Below are positions 39,076 through 50,800 of a stretch of 64,000 bases of DNA, piece by piece. The DNA lies in contig CAXHJY010001551.1 of the NCBI GenBank assembly GCA_964016885.1, positions 126,475 through 190,474 of the forward strand, read 5' to 3'. This DNA is from Eledone cirrhosa (Eukaryota). How positions within the stretch are numbered: the stretch's first letter is position 1; the number at the start of each line of letters is the position of its first letter. Both the position numbers and the translations under genes were made by a program. The notes under the pieces were generated by a model, which saw only the letters and a program-made list of their open reading frames with translations, did no database searches and had not been told where the DNA came from.

Positions 39076-42060
39076 AGCTATCCTAAGCTAAGCTAAGCTA
39101 TCCTAAGCTATCCTAAGCTAAGCTATCCTAAGCTAAGCTATCCTAAGCTAAGCTATCCTAAGCTATCCTAAGCTAAGCTATCCTAAGCTAAGCTCTCCTA
39201 AGGTAAGCTATCCTAAGCTATCCTAAGCTAAGCTATCCTAAGCTATCCTAAGCTAAGCTAAGCTAAGCTAAGCTCTCCTAAGCTAAGCTAAGCTAAGCTA
39301 TCCTAAGCTAAGCTAAGCTAAGCTAAGCTAAGCTATCCTAAGCTAAGCTAAGCTAAGCTACCTAAGCTAAGCTAAGCTAAGCTATTCTAAGCTAAGCTAA
39401 GCTAAGCTATCCTAAGCTAAGCTAAGCTAAGCTCTCCTAAGCTAAGCTAAGCTAAGCTATCCTAAGCTAAGCTAAGCTTTCCTAAGCTAAGCTAAGCTAA
39501 GCTATCCTAAGCTAAGCTAATCTATCCTAAGCTAAGCTAAGCTAAGCTATCCTAAGCTAAGCTAAGCTAAGCTATCCTAAGCTAAGCTAAGCTAAGCTAT
39601 CCTAAGATAAGCTAAGCTAAGCTATCCTAAGCTAAGCTAAGCTAAGCTATCCTAAGCTAAGCTAAGCTATCCTAAGCTAAGCTAAGCTAAGCTATCCTAA
39701 GCTAAGCTAAGCTATCCTAAGCTAAGCTAAGCTAAGCTATCCTAAGCTAAGCTAAGCTAAGCTATCCTAAGCTATCCTAAGCTAAGCTATCCTAAGCTAA
39801 GCTATCCTAAGCTATCCTAAGCTAAGCTATCCTAAGCTAAGCTAAGCTAAGCTATCCTAAGCTAAGCTAAGCAATCCTAAGCTAAGCTAAGCTAAGCTAT
39901 CCTAAGCTAAGCTAAGCTAAGCTATCCTAAGCTAAGCTAAGCTAAGCTATCCTAAGCTAAGCTAAGCTAAGCTATCCTAAGCTAAGCTAAGCTAAGCTAT
40001 CCTAAGCTAAGCTAAGCTAAGCTATCCTAAGCTATCCTAAGCTATCCTAAGCTAAGCTAAGCTAAGCTATCCTAAGCTAAGCTAAGCTAAGCTATCCTAA
40101 GCTAAGCTAAGCTAAGCTATCCTAAGCTATGCTAAGCTATCCTAAGCTAAGCTAAGCTAAGCTATCCTAAGCTAAGCTAAGCTAAGCTATCCTAAGCTAT
40201 CCTAAGCTAAGCTATCCTAAGCTAAGCTAAGCTAAGCTATCCTAAGCTAAGCTAAGCTAAGCTATCCTAAGCTAAGCTAAGCTAAGCTATCCTAAGCTAA
40301 GCTAAGCTAAGCTATCCTAAGCTAAGCTATCCTAAGCTATCCTAAGCTAAGCTAAGCTAAGCTAACCTAAGCTAAGCTATCCTAAGCTAAGCTATCCTAA
40401 GCTAAGCTATCCTAAGCTAAGCTAAGCTAAGCTATCCTAAGCTAAGCTAAGCTAAGCTATCCTAAGCTAAGCTAAGCTATCCTAAGCTAAGCTAAGCTAA
40501 GCTGTCCTAAGCTAAGCTAAGCTAAGCTATCCTAAGCTAAGCTAAGCTAAGCTATCCTAAGCTAAGCTAAGCTATCCTAAGCTAAGCTAAGCTAAGCTAT
40601 CCTAAGCTAAGCTAAGCTAAGCTATCCTAAGCTAAGCTAAGCTAAGCTATCCTAAGCTATCCTAAGCTATCCTAAGCTAAGCTATCCTAAGCTATCCTAA
40701 GCTAAGCTATCCTAAGCTATCCTAAGCTAAGCTAAGCTAAGCTATCCTAAGCTAAGCTAAGCTAAGCTATCCTAAGCTAAGCTAAGCTAAGCTATCCTAA
40801 GCTAAGCTAAGCTAAGCTACCCTAAGCTATCCTAAGCTAAGCTATCCTAAGCTAAGCTATCCTAAGCTATCCTAAGCTAAGCTATCCTAAGCTATCCTAA
40901 GCTAAGCTATCCTAAGCTAAGCTATCCTAAGCTATCCTAAGCTAAGCTATCCTAAGCTATCCTAAGCTAAGCTATCCTAAGCTAAGCTAAGCTAAGCTAA
41001 GCTAACCTAAGCTAAGCTATCCTAAGCTAAGCTAAGCTAAGCTATCCTAAGCTAAGCTAAGCTAAGCTATCCTAAGCTATCCTAAGCTAAGCTATCCTAA
41101 GCTAAGCTCTCCTAAGGTAAGCTATCCTAAGCTATCCTAAGCTAAGCTATCCTAAGCTATCCTAAGCTAAGCTAAGCTAAGCTCTCCTAAGCTAAGCTAA
41201 GCTAAGCTATCCTAAGCTAAGCTAAGCTAAGCTAAGCTATCCTAAGCTAAGCTAAGCTAAGCTACCTAAGCTAAGCTAAGCTAAGCTATCCTAAGCTAAG
41301 CTAAGCTAAGCTATCCTAAGCTAAGCTAAGCTAAGCTCTCCTAAGCTAAGCTAAACTAAGCTATCCTAAGCTAAGCTAAGCTTTCCTAAGCTAAGCTAAG
41401 CTAAGCTATCCTAAGCTAAGCTAATCTATCCTAAGCTAAGCTAAGCTAAGCTATCCTAAGCTAAGCTAAGCTAAGCTATCCTAAGCTAAGCTAAGCTAAG
41501 CTATCCTAAGCTAAGCTAAGCTAAGCTATCCTAAGCTAAGCTAAGCTATCCTAAGCTAAGCTAAGCTAAGCTATCCTAAGCTAAGCTAAGCTATCCTAAG
41601 CTAAGCTAAGCTAAGCTATCCTAAGCTATCCTAAGCTATCCTAAGCTAAGCTAAGCTAAGCTATCCTAAGCTAAGCTAAGCTAAGCTATCCTAAGCTAAG
41701 CTAAGCTAAGCTATCCTAAGCTAAGCTAAGCTAAGCTATCCTAAGCTAAGCTAAGCTAAGCAATCCTAAGCTATCCTAAGCTAAGCTATCCTAAGCTAAG
41801 CTAAGCTAAGCTATCCTAAGCTAAACTAAGCTAAGCTAACCTAAGCTAAGCTAAGCTAAGCTATCCTAAGCTATCCTAAGCTAAGCTATCCTAAGCTAAG
41901 CTAAGCTAAGCTATCCTAAGCTAAACTAAGCTAAGCTAACCTAAGCTAAGCTAAGCTAAGCTATCCTAAGCTAAGCTATCCTAAGCTATCCTAAGCTAAG
42001 CTAAGCTAAGCTAACCTAAGCTAAGCTATCCTAAGCTAAGCTATCCTAAGCTAAGCTATC
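38500..42060. repeat. Copy of region about 3000-6470 (offset about 35.48 kb), with an extra 100-bp tandem duplication
   Basis: CTCTC 3717/39193, CTAC 3882/39358 and 5791/41262, CTAAA 6345/41821. CTAAA..CTAAC is duplicated at 41821/41921. Confidence 0.88.
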
Positions 42061-43079
42061 CTAAGCTAAGCTAAGCTAAGCTATCCTAAGCTAAGCTAAG
42101 CTATCCTAAGCTAAGCTAAGCTAAGCTATCCTAAGCTAAGCTAAGCTAAGCTATCCTAAGCTATCCTAAGCTAAGCTATCCTAAGCTAAGCTATCCTAAG
42201 CTATCCCAAGCTAAGCTATCCTAAGCTAAGCTAAGCTAAGCTATCCTAAGCTAACCTATCCTAAGCTAAGCTATCCTAAGCTATCCTAAGCTAAGCTATC
42301 CTAATCTATCCTAAGCTAAGCTATCCTAAGCTATCCTAAGCTAAGCTATCCTAAGCTATCCTAAGCTAAGCTAAGCTAAGCTATCCTAAGCTATCCTAAG
42401 CTAAGCTATCCTAAGCTAAGCTATCCTAAGCTAAGCTATCCTAAGCTATCCTAAGCTAAGCTATCCTAAGCTATCCTAAGCTAAGCTATCCTAAGCTATC
42501 CTAAGCTAAGCTAAGCTAAGCTATCCTAAGCTAAGCTAAGCTAAGCTCTCCTAAGCTAAGCTAAGCTAAGCTATCCTAAGATAAGCTAAGCTTTCCTAAG
42601 CTAAGCTAAGCTAAGCTATCCTAAGCTAAGCTAATCTATCCTAAGCTAAGCTAAGCTAAGCTATCCTAAGCTAAGCTAAGCTAAGCTATCCTAAGCTAAG
42701 CTAAGCTAAGCTATCCTAAGCTAAGCTAAGCTAAGCTATCCTAAGCTAAGCTAAGCTAAGCTATCCTAAGCTAAGCTAAGCTAAGCTATCCTAAGCTAAG
42801 CTAAGCTAAGCTATCCTAAGCTAAGCTAAGCTATCCTAAGCTAAGCTAAGCTAAGCTATCCTAAGCTAAGCTAAGCTAAGCTATCCTAAGCTAAGCTAAG
42901 CTAAGCTATCCTAAGCTATCCTAAGCTATCCTAAGCTAAGCTAAGCTAAGCTATCCTAAGCTAAGCTAAGCTAAGCTATCCTAAGCTAAGCCAAGCTAAG
43001 CTATCCTAAGCTAAGCTAAGCTATCCTAAGCTAAGCTAAGCTAAGCTATCCTAAGCTAAGCTAAGCTAAGCTATCCTAA

Positions 43080-46000
43080 GCTAAGCTAAGCTCTCCTAAG
43101 CTAAGCTAAGCTATCCTAAGCTAAGCTAAGCTAAGCTAAGCTATCCTAAGCTAAGCTAAGCTAAGCTATCCTAATCTAAGCTAAGCTATCCTAAGCTAAG
43201 CTAAGCTATCCTAAGCTAACCTAAGCTATCCTAAGCTAAGCTAAGCTATCCTAAGCTAAGCTAAGTTAAGCTATCCTATGCTAAGCTAAGTTAAGCTATC
43301 CTAAGCTAAGCTAAGCTAAGCTATCCTAAGCTAAGCTAAGTTAAGCTATCCTAAGCTAAGCTAAGCTATCCTAAGCTAAGCTAAGCTAAGCTATCCTAAG
43401 CTAAGCTAAGCTAAGCTATCCTAAGCTAAGCTAAGCTATCCTAAGCTAAGCTAAGCTATCCTAAGCTAAGCTAAGCTATCCTAAGCTAAGCTAAGCTATC
43501 CTAAGCTAAGCTAAGCTAAGCTATCCTAAGCTAAGCTAAGTTAAGCTATCCTAAGCTAAGCTAAGCTAAGCTATCCTAAGCTAAGCTAAGCTAAGCTATC
43601 CTAAGCTAAGCTAAGCTATCCTAAGCTAAGCTAAGCTAAGCTATCCTAAGCTAAGCTAAGCTAAGCTATCCTAAGCTAAGCTAAGCTATCCTAAGCTAAG
43701 CTATCCTAAGCTAAGCTAAGCTAAGCTATCCTAAGCTAAGCTAAGCTAAGCTATCCTAAGCTAAGCTAAGGTATCCTAAGCTAAGCTAAGCTAAGCTATC
43801 CGAAGCTAAGCTATCCTAAGCTAAGCTAAGCTATCCTAAGCTAAGCTAAGCTATCCTAAGCTAAGCTAAGCTATCCTAAGCTAAGCTAAGCTATCCTAAG
43901 CTAAGCTAAGCTATCCTAAGCTAAGCTAAGCTAAGCTATCCTAAGCTAAGCTAAGGTATCCTCAGCTAAGCTAAGCTAAGCTATCCTAAGCTAAGCTAAG
44001 CTAAGCTATCCTAAGCTAAGCTAAGCTATCCTAAGCTAAGCTAAGCTATCCTAAGCTAAGCTAAGCTAAGCTATCCTAAGCTAAGCTAAGTTAAGCTATC
44101 CTAAGCTAAGCTAAGCTATCCTAAGCTAAGCTAAGCTAAGCTATCCTAAGCTAAGCTAAGCTATCCTAAGCTAAGCTAAGCTAAGCTAACCTAAGCTAAG
44201 CTAAGCAAGCTATCCTAAGCTAAGCTAAGCTATCCTAAGCTAAGCTAAGCTATCCTAAGCTAAGCTAAGCTATCCTAAACTAAGCTAAGCTAAGCTATCC
44301 TAAGCTAAGCTAAGTTAAGCTATCCTAAGCTAAGTTAAGCTATCCTAAGCTAAGCTAAGCTAAGCTATCCTAAGCTAAGCTAAGCTAAGCTATCCTAAGC
44401 TAAGCTAAGCTAAGCTATCCTAAGCTAAGCTAAGCTATCCTAAGCTAAGCTAAGCTAAGCTACCTAAGCTAAGCTAAGCTAAGCTATCCTAAGCTAAGCT
44501 AAGATAAGCTATCCTAAGCTAAGCTAAGCTATCCTAAGCTAAGCTAAGCTAAGCTATCCTAAGCTAAGCTAAGATAAGCTATCCTAAGCTAAGCTAAGCT
44601 ATCCTAAGCTAAGCTAAGCTAAGCTATCCTAAGCTAAGCTAAGCTATCCTAAGCTAAGCTAAGCTATCTTAAGCTAAGCTAAGCTAAGCTATCCTAAGCT
44701 AAGCTAAGCTAAGCTATCCTAAGCTAAGCTAAGCTATCCTAAGCTAAGCTAAGCTAAGCTATCCTAAGCTAAGCTAAGCTAAGCTATCCTAAGCTAAGCT
44801 AAGCTATCCTAAGCTAAGTTAAGCTATCCTAAGCTAAGCTAAGCTATCCTAAGCTAATCTAAGCTAAGCTATCCTAAGCTAAGCTAAGCTAAGCTATCCT
44901 AAGCTAAGCTAAGCTAAGCTATCCTAAGCTAAGCTAAGTTAAGCTATCCTAAGCTAAGCTAAGCTAAGCTATCCTAAGCTAAGCTAAGCTATCCTAAGCT
45001 AAGCTAAGCTAAGCTATCCTAAGCTAAGCTAAGCTAAGCTATCCTAAGCTAAGCTAAGCTAAGCTATCCTAAGCTAAGCTAAGCTATCCTAAGCTAAGCT
45101 AAGCTAAGCTATCCTAAGCTAAGCTAAGATAAGCTATCCTAAGCTAAGCTAAGCTATCCTAAGCTAAGCTAAGCTAAGCTATCCTAAGCTAAGCTAAGCT
45201 ATCCTAAGCTAAGCTAAGCTATCTTAAGCTAAGCTAAGCTAAGCTATCCTAAGCTAAGCTAAGCTAAGCTATCCTAAGCTAAGCTAAGCTAAGCTATCCT
45301 AAGCTAAGCTAAGCTAAGCTAAGCTAAGTTAAGCTATCCTAAGCTAAGCTAAGCTATCCTAAGCTAATCTAAGCTAAGCTATCCTAAGCTAAGCTAAGCT
45401 AAGCTAAGCTATCCTAAGCTAAGCTAAGCTATCCTAAGCTAAGCTAAGCTATCCTAAGCTAAGCTAAGCTAAGCTATCCTAAGCTAAGCTAAACTAAGCT
45501 ATCCTAAGCTAAGCTATCCTAAGCTAAGCTAAGCTAAGCTATCCTAAGCTAAGCTAAGCTAAGCTATCCTAAGCTAAGCTAAGCTATCCTAAGCTAAGCT
45601 AAGCTATCCTAAGCTAAGCTAAGCTATCCTAAGCTAAGCTACGTTAAGCTATCCTAAGCTAAGCTAAGCTAAGCTATCCTAAGCTAAGCTAAGCTATCCT
45701 AAGCTAAGCTAAGCTATCCTAAGCTAAGCTAAACTAAGCTATGCTAAGCTGAGCTAAGTTAAGCTATCCTAAGCTAAGCTAAGCTAAGCTAACCTAAGCT
45801 AAGCTAAGCTATCCTAAGCTAAGCTAAGCTATCCTAAGCTAAGCTAAGCTAAGCTATCCTAAGCTAAGCTAAGCTAAGCTATCCTAAGCTAAGCTAAGCT
45901 AAGCTATCCTAAGCTAAGCTCAGCTATCCTAAGCTAAGCTAAGCTTAGCTATCCTAAGCTAAGCTATACTAAGCTATCCTAAGCTAAGCTAAGCTAAGCT

Positions 46001-47800
46001 ATCCTAAGCTAAGCTAAGCTAAGCTATCCTAAGCTAAGCTAAGCTAAGCTATCCTAAGCTAAGCTAAGCTAAGCTATCCTAAACTAAGCTAAGCTAAGCT
46101 AGCCTAAGCTAAGCTAAGCTATCCTAAGCTAAGCTAAGCTAAGCTATCCTAAGCTAAGCTAAGCTAAGCTATCCTAAGCTAAGCTAAGCTAAGCTAACCT
46201 AATGTAAGCTAAGCTAAGCTATCCTAAGCTAAGCTAACTTAAGCTATCCTAAGCTAAGCTAAGCTAAGCTATCCTAAGCTAAGCTAAGCTAAGCTATCCT
46301 AAGCTAAGCTAAGCTATCCTAAACTAAGCTAAGCTAAGCTATCCTAAGCTAAGCTAAGTTAAGCTATCCTAAGCTAAGTTAAGCTATCCTAAGCTAAGCT
46401 AAGCTAAGCTATCCTAAGCTAAGCTAAGCTAAGCTATCCTAAGCTAAGCTAAGCTAAGCTATCCTAAGCTAAGCTAAGCTATCCTAAGCTAAGCTAAGCT
46501 AAGCTATCCTAAGCTAAGCTAAGCTAAGCTATCCTAAGCTAAGCTAAGCTAAGCTATCCTAAGCTAAGCTAAGCTAAGCTATCCTAAGCTAAGCTAAGCT
46601 ATCCTAAGCTAAGCTAAGCTATCCTAAGCTAAGCTAAGCTAAGCTATCCTAAGCTAAGCTAAGCTAAGCTATCCTAAGCTAAGCTATCCCAAGCTAAGCT
46701 AAGCTATCCTAAGCTAAGCTAAGCTAAGCTATCCTAAGCTGAGCTAAGCTATCCTAAGCTAAGCTAAGCTAAGCTATCCTAAGCTAAGCTAAGCTAAGCT
46801 ATCCTAAGCTAAGCTAAGCTATCCTAAGCTAAGCTAAGCTATCCTAAGCTAAGCTAAGCTATCCTAAGCTAAGCTAAGCTAAGCTATCCTAAGCTAAGCT
46901 AAGGTAAGCTATCCTAAGCTAAGCTAAGCTAAGCTATCCTAAGCTAAGCTAAGCTATCCTAAGCTAAGCTAAGCTAAGCTATCCTAAGCTAAGCTAAGCT
47001 AAGCTATCCTAAGCTAAGCTAAGCTAAGCTATCCTAAGCTAAGCTAAGCTAACCTAAGCTAAGCTAAGCTAAGCTATCCTAAGCTAAGCTAAGCTATCCT
47101 AAGCTAAGCTAAGCTAAGCTAAGCTATCCTAAGCTAAGCTAAGCTATCCTAAGCTAAGCTAAGCTATCCTAAGCTAAGCTAAGCTATCCTAAGCTAAGCT
47201 AAGCTATCCTAAGCTAAGCTACGTTAAGCTATCCTAAGCTAAGCTAAGCTAAGCTATCCTAAGCTAAGCTAAGCTATCCTAAGCTAAGCTAAGCTAAGCT
47301 ATCCTAAGCTAAGCTAAGTTAAGCTATCCTAAGCTAAGCTAAGCTAAGCTAACCTAAGCTAAGCTAAGCTAAGCTATCCCAAGCTAAGCTAAGCTATCCT
47401 AAGCTAAGCTAAGCTAAGCTATCCTAAGCTAAGCTAAGCTAAGCTATCCTAAGCTAAGCTAAGCTAAGCTATCCTAAGCTAAGCTCAGCTATCCTAAGCT
47501 AAGCTAAGCTAAGCTAAGCTATCCTAAGCTAAGCTAAGCTATCCTAAGCTAAGCTAAGCTATCCTAAGCTAAGCTAAGTTAAGCTATCCTAAGCTAAGCT
47601 AAGCTAAGCTATCCTAAGCTAAGCTAAGCTAAGCTATCCTAAGCTAAGCTAAGCTATCCTAAGCTAAGCTAAGCTATCCTAAGCTAAGCTAAGCTAAGCT
47701 ATCCTAGGCTAAGCTAAGTTAAGCTATCCTAAGCTAAGTTAAGCTATCCTAAGCTAAGCTAAGCTAAGCTATCCTAAGCTAAGTTAAGCTATCCTAAGCT
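43080..47800. repeat. Distinct satellite sub-domain: mainly A3B/A4B cassettes, almost no 10-bp AB cassettes, rich in TTAAG and private variants
   Basis: Many TTAAG units (e.g. 43266, 43291, 43341, 44315, 44819, 46359) and private variants such as CTACG-TTAAG 45639, CTAGC 46099 and CTAAT-GTAAG 46199. Internal duplications of 70 bp (44504/44574), 555 bp (44574/45129), about 1.57 kb (45639/47219) and 2044 bp (44275/46319). Confidence 0.75.
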
Positions 47801-50800
47801 AAGCTTAGCTAAGCTATCCTAAGCTAAGCTAAGCTAAGCTATCCTAAGCTAAGCTAAGCTAAGCTATCCTAAGCTAAGCTAAGCTAAGCTATCCTAAGCT
47901 AAGCTAAGCTAAGCTATCCTAAGCTAAGCTAAGCTAAGCTATCCTAAGCTAAGCTAAGCTAAGCTATCCTAAGCTATCCTAAGCTATCCTAAGCTAAGCT
48001 AAGCTAAGCTATCCTAAGCTAAGCTAAGCTACGCTATCCTAAGCTAAGCTAAGCTAAGCTATCCTAAGCTAAGCTAAGCTATCCTAAGCTAAGCTAAGCT
48101 AAGCTATCCTAAGCTAAGCTAAGCTAAGCTATCCTAAGCTATCCTAAGCTAAGCTATCCTAAGCTAAGCTAAGCTAAGCTATCCTAAGCTAAGCTAAGCT
48201 AAGCTATCCTAAGCTAAGCTAAGCTAAGCTATCCTAAGCTAAGCTATCCTAAGCTATCCTAAGCTAAGCTAAGCTAAGCTAACCTAAGCTAAGCCATCCT
48301 AAGCTAAGCTATCCTAAGCTAAGCTATCCTAAGCTAAGCTAAGCTAAGCTATCCTAAGCTAAGCTAAGCTAAGCTATCGTAAGCTAAGCTAAGCTATCCT
48401 AAGCTAAGCTAAGCTAAGCTGTCCTAAGCTAAGCTAAGCTAAGCTATCCTAAGCTAAGCTAAGCTAAGCTATCCTAAGCTAAGCTAAGCTAAGCTATCCT
48501 AAGCTATCCTAAGCTATCCTAAGCTAAGCTATCCTAAGCTATCCTAAGCTAAGCTATCCTAAGCTATCCTAAGCTAAGCTAAGCTAAGCTATCCTAAGCT
48601 AAGCTAAGCTATCCTAAGCTAAGCTAAGCTAAGCTATCCTAAGCTAAGCTAAGCTAAGCTATCCTAAGCTATCCTAAGCTAAGCTATCCTAAGCTAAGCT
48701 AAGCTAAGCTATCCTAAGCTAAGCTATCCTAAGCTAAGCTATCCTAAGCTATCATAAGCTAAGCTATCCTAAGCTATCCTAAGCTAAGCTATCCTAAGCT
48801 ATCCTAAGCTAAGCTATCCTAAGCTATCCTAAGCTAAGCTAAGCTAAGCTATCCTAAGCTAAGCTAAGCTAAGCTAAGCTATCCTAAGCTAAGCTAAGCT
48901 AAGCTATCCTAAGCTAATCTAAGCTAAGCTATCCTAAGCTATCCTAAGCTAAGCTATCCTAAGCTAAGCTATCCTAAGCTATCCTAAGCTAAGCTATCCT
49001 AAGCTATCCTAAGCTAAGCTATCCTAAGCTAAGCTATCCTAAGCTAAGCTATCCTAAGCTATCCTAAGCTAAGCTATCCTAAGCTATCCTAAGCTAAGCT
49101 AAGCTAAGCTATCCTAAGCTAAGCTAAGCTAAGCTATCCTAAGCTAAGCTAAGCTAAGCTTTCCTAAGCTATCCTAAGCTAAGCTATCCTAAGCTAAGCT
49201 ATCCTAAGCTATCCTAAGCTAAGCTATCCTAAGCTATCCTAAGCTAAGCTATCCTAAGCTATCCTAAGCTAAGCTATCCTAACCTAAGCTATCCTAAGCT
49301 ATCCTAAGCTAAGCTATCCTAAGCTATCCTAAGCTAAGCTATCCTAAGCTATCCTAAGCTAAGCTAAGCTAAGCTATCCTAAACTAAGCTAAGCTATCCT
49401 AAGCTAAGCTAAGCTAAGCTATCCTAAGCTAAGCTAAGCTAAGCTATCCTAAGCTAAGCTAAGCTAAGCTATCCTAAGCCAAGCTAAGCTAAGCTATCCT
49501 AAGCCAAGCTAAGCTAAGCTATCCTAAGCTAAGCTAAGCTAAGCTATCCTAAGCTAAGCTAAGCTAAGCTATCCTAAGCTAAGCTAAGCTAAGCTATCCT
49601 AAGCTAAGCTAAGCTAAGCTATCCTAAGCTAAGCTAAGCTAAGCTATCCTAAGCTAAGCTAAGCTAAGCTATCCTAAGCTAAGCTAAGCTAAGCTATCCT
49701 AAGCTAAGCTAAGCTAAGCTATCCTAAGCTAAGCTAAGCTATCCTAAGCTAAGCTATCCTAAGCTAAGCTAAGCTAAGCTATCCTAAGCTAAGCTAAGCT
49801 AAGCTATCCTAAGCTAAGCTAAGCTATCCTAAGCTAAGCTAAGCTAAGCTATCCTAAGCTAAGCTAAGCTAAGCTATCCTAAGCTAAGCTAAGCTAAGCT
49901 ATCCTAAGCTAAGCTAAGCTATCCTAAGCTAAGCTAAGCTATCCTAAGCTAAGCTAAGCTAAGCTATCCTAAGCTAAGCTAAGCTAAGCTATCCTAAGCT
50001 AAGCTATCCCAAGCTAAGCTAAGCTATCCTAAGCTAAGCTAAGCTAAGCTATCCTAAGCTAAGCTAAGCTATCCTAAGCTAAGCTAAGCTAAGCTATCCT
50101 AAGCTAAGCTAAGCTAAGCTATCCTAAGCTAAGCTAAGCTATCCTAAGCTAAGCTAAGCTATCCTAAGCTAAGCTAAGCTATCCTAAGCTAAGCTAAGCT
50201 AAGCTATCCTAAGCTAAGCTAAGGTAAGCTATCCTAAGCTAAGCTAAGCTAAGCTATCCTAAGCTAAGCTAAGCTATCCTAAGCTAAGCTAAGCTAAGCT
50301 ATCCTAAGCTAAGCTAAGCTAAGCTATCCTAAGCTAAGCTAAGCTAAGCTATCCTAAGCTAAGCTAAGCTAACCTAAGCTAAGCTAAGCTAAGCTATCCT
50401 AAGCTAAGCTAAGCTATCCTAAGCTAAGCTAAGCTAAGCTAAGCTATCCTAAGCTAAGCTAAGCTATCCTAAGCTAAGCTAAGCTATCCTAAGCTAAGCT
50501 AAGCTATCCTAAGCTAAGCTAAGCTATCCTAAGCTAAGCTACGTTAAGCTATCCTAAGCTAAGCTAAGCTAAGCTATCCTAAGCTAAGCTAAGCTATCCT
50601 AAGCTAAGCTAAGCTAAGCTATCCTAAGCTAAGCTAAGTTAAGCTATCCTAAGCTAAGCTAAGCTAAGCTAACCTAAGCTAAGCTAAGCTAAGCTATCCT
50701 AAGCTAAGCTAAGCTATCCTAAGCTAAGCTAAGCTAAGCTATCCTAAGCTAAGCTAAGCTAAGCTATCCTAAGCTAAGCTAAGCTAAGCTATCCTAAGCT

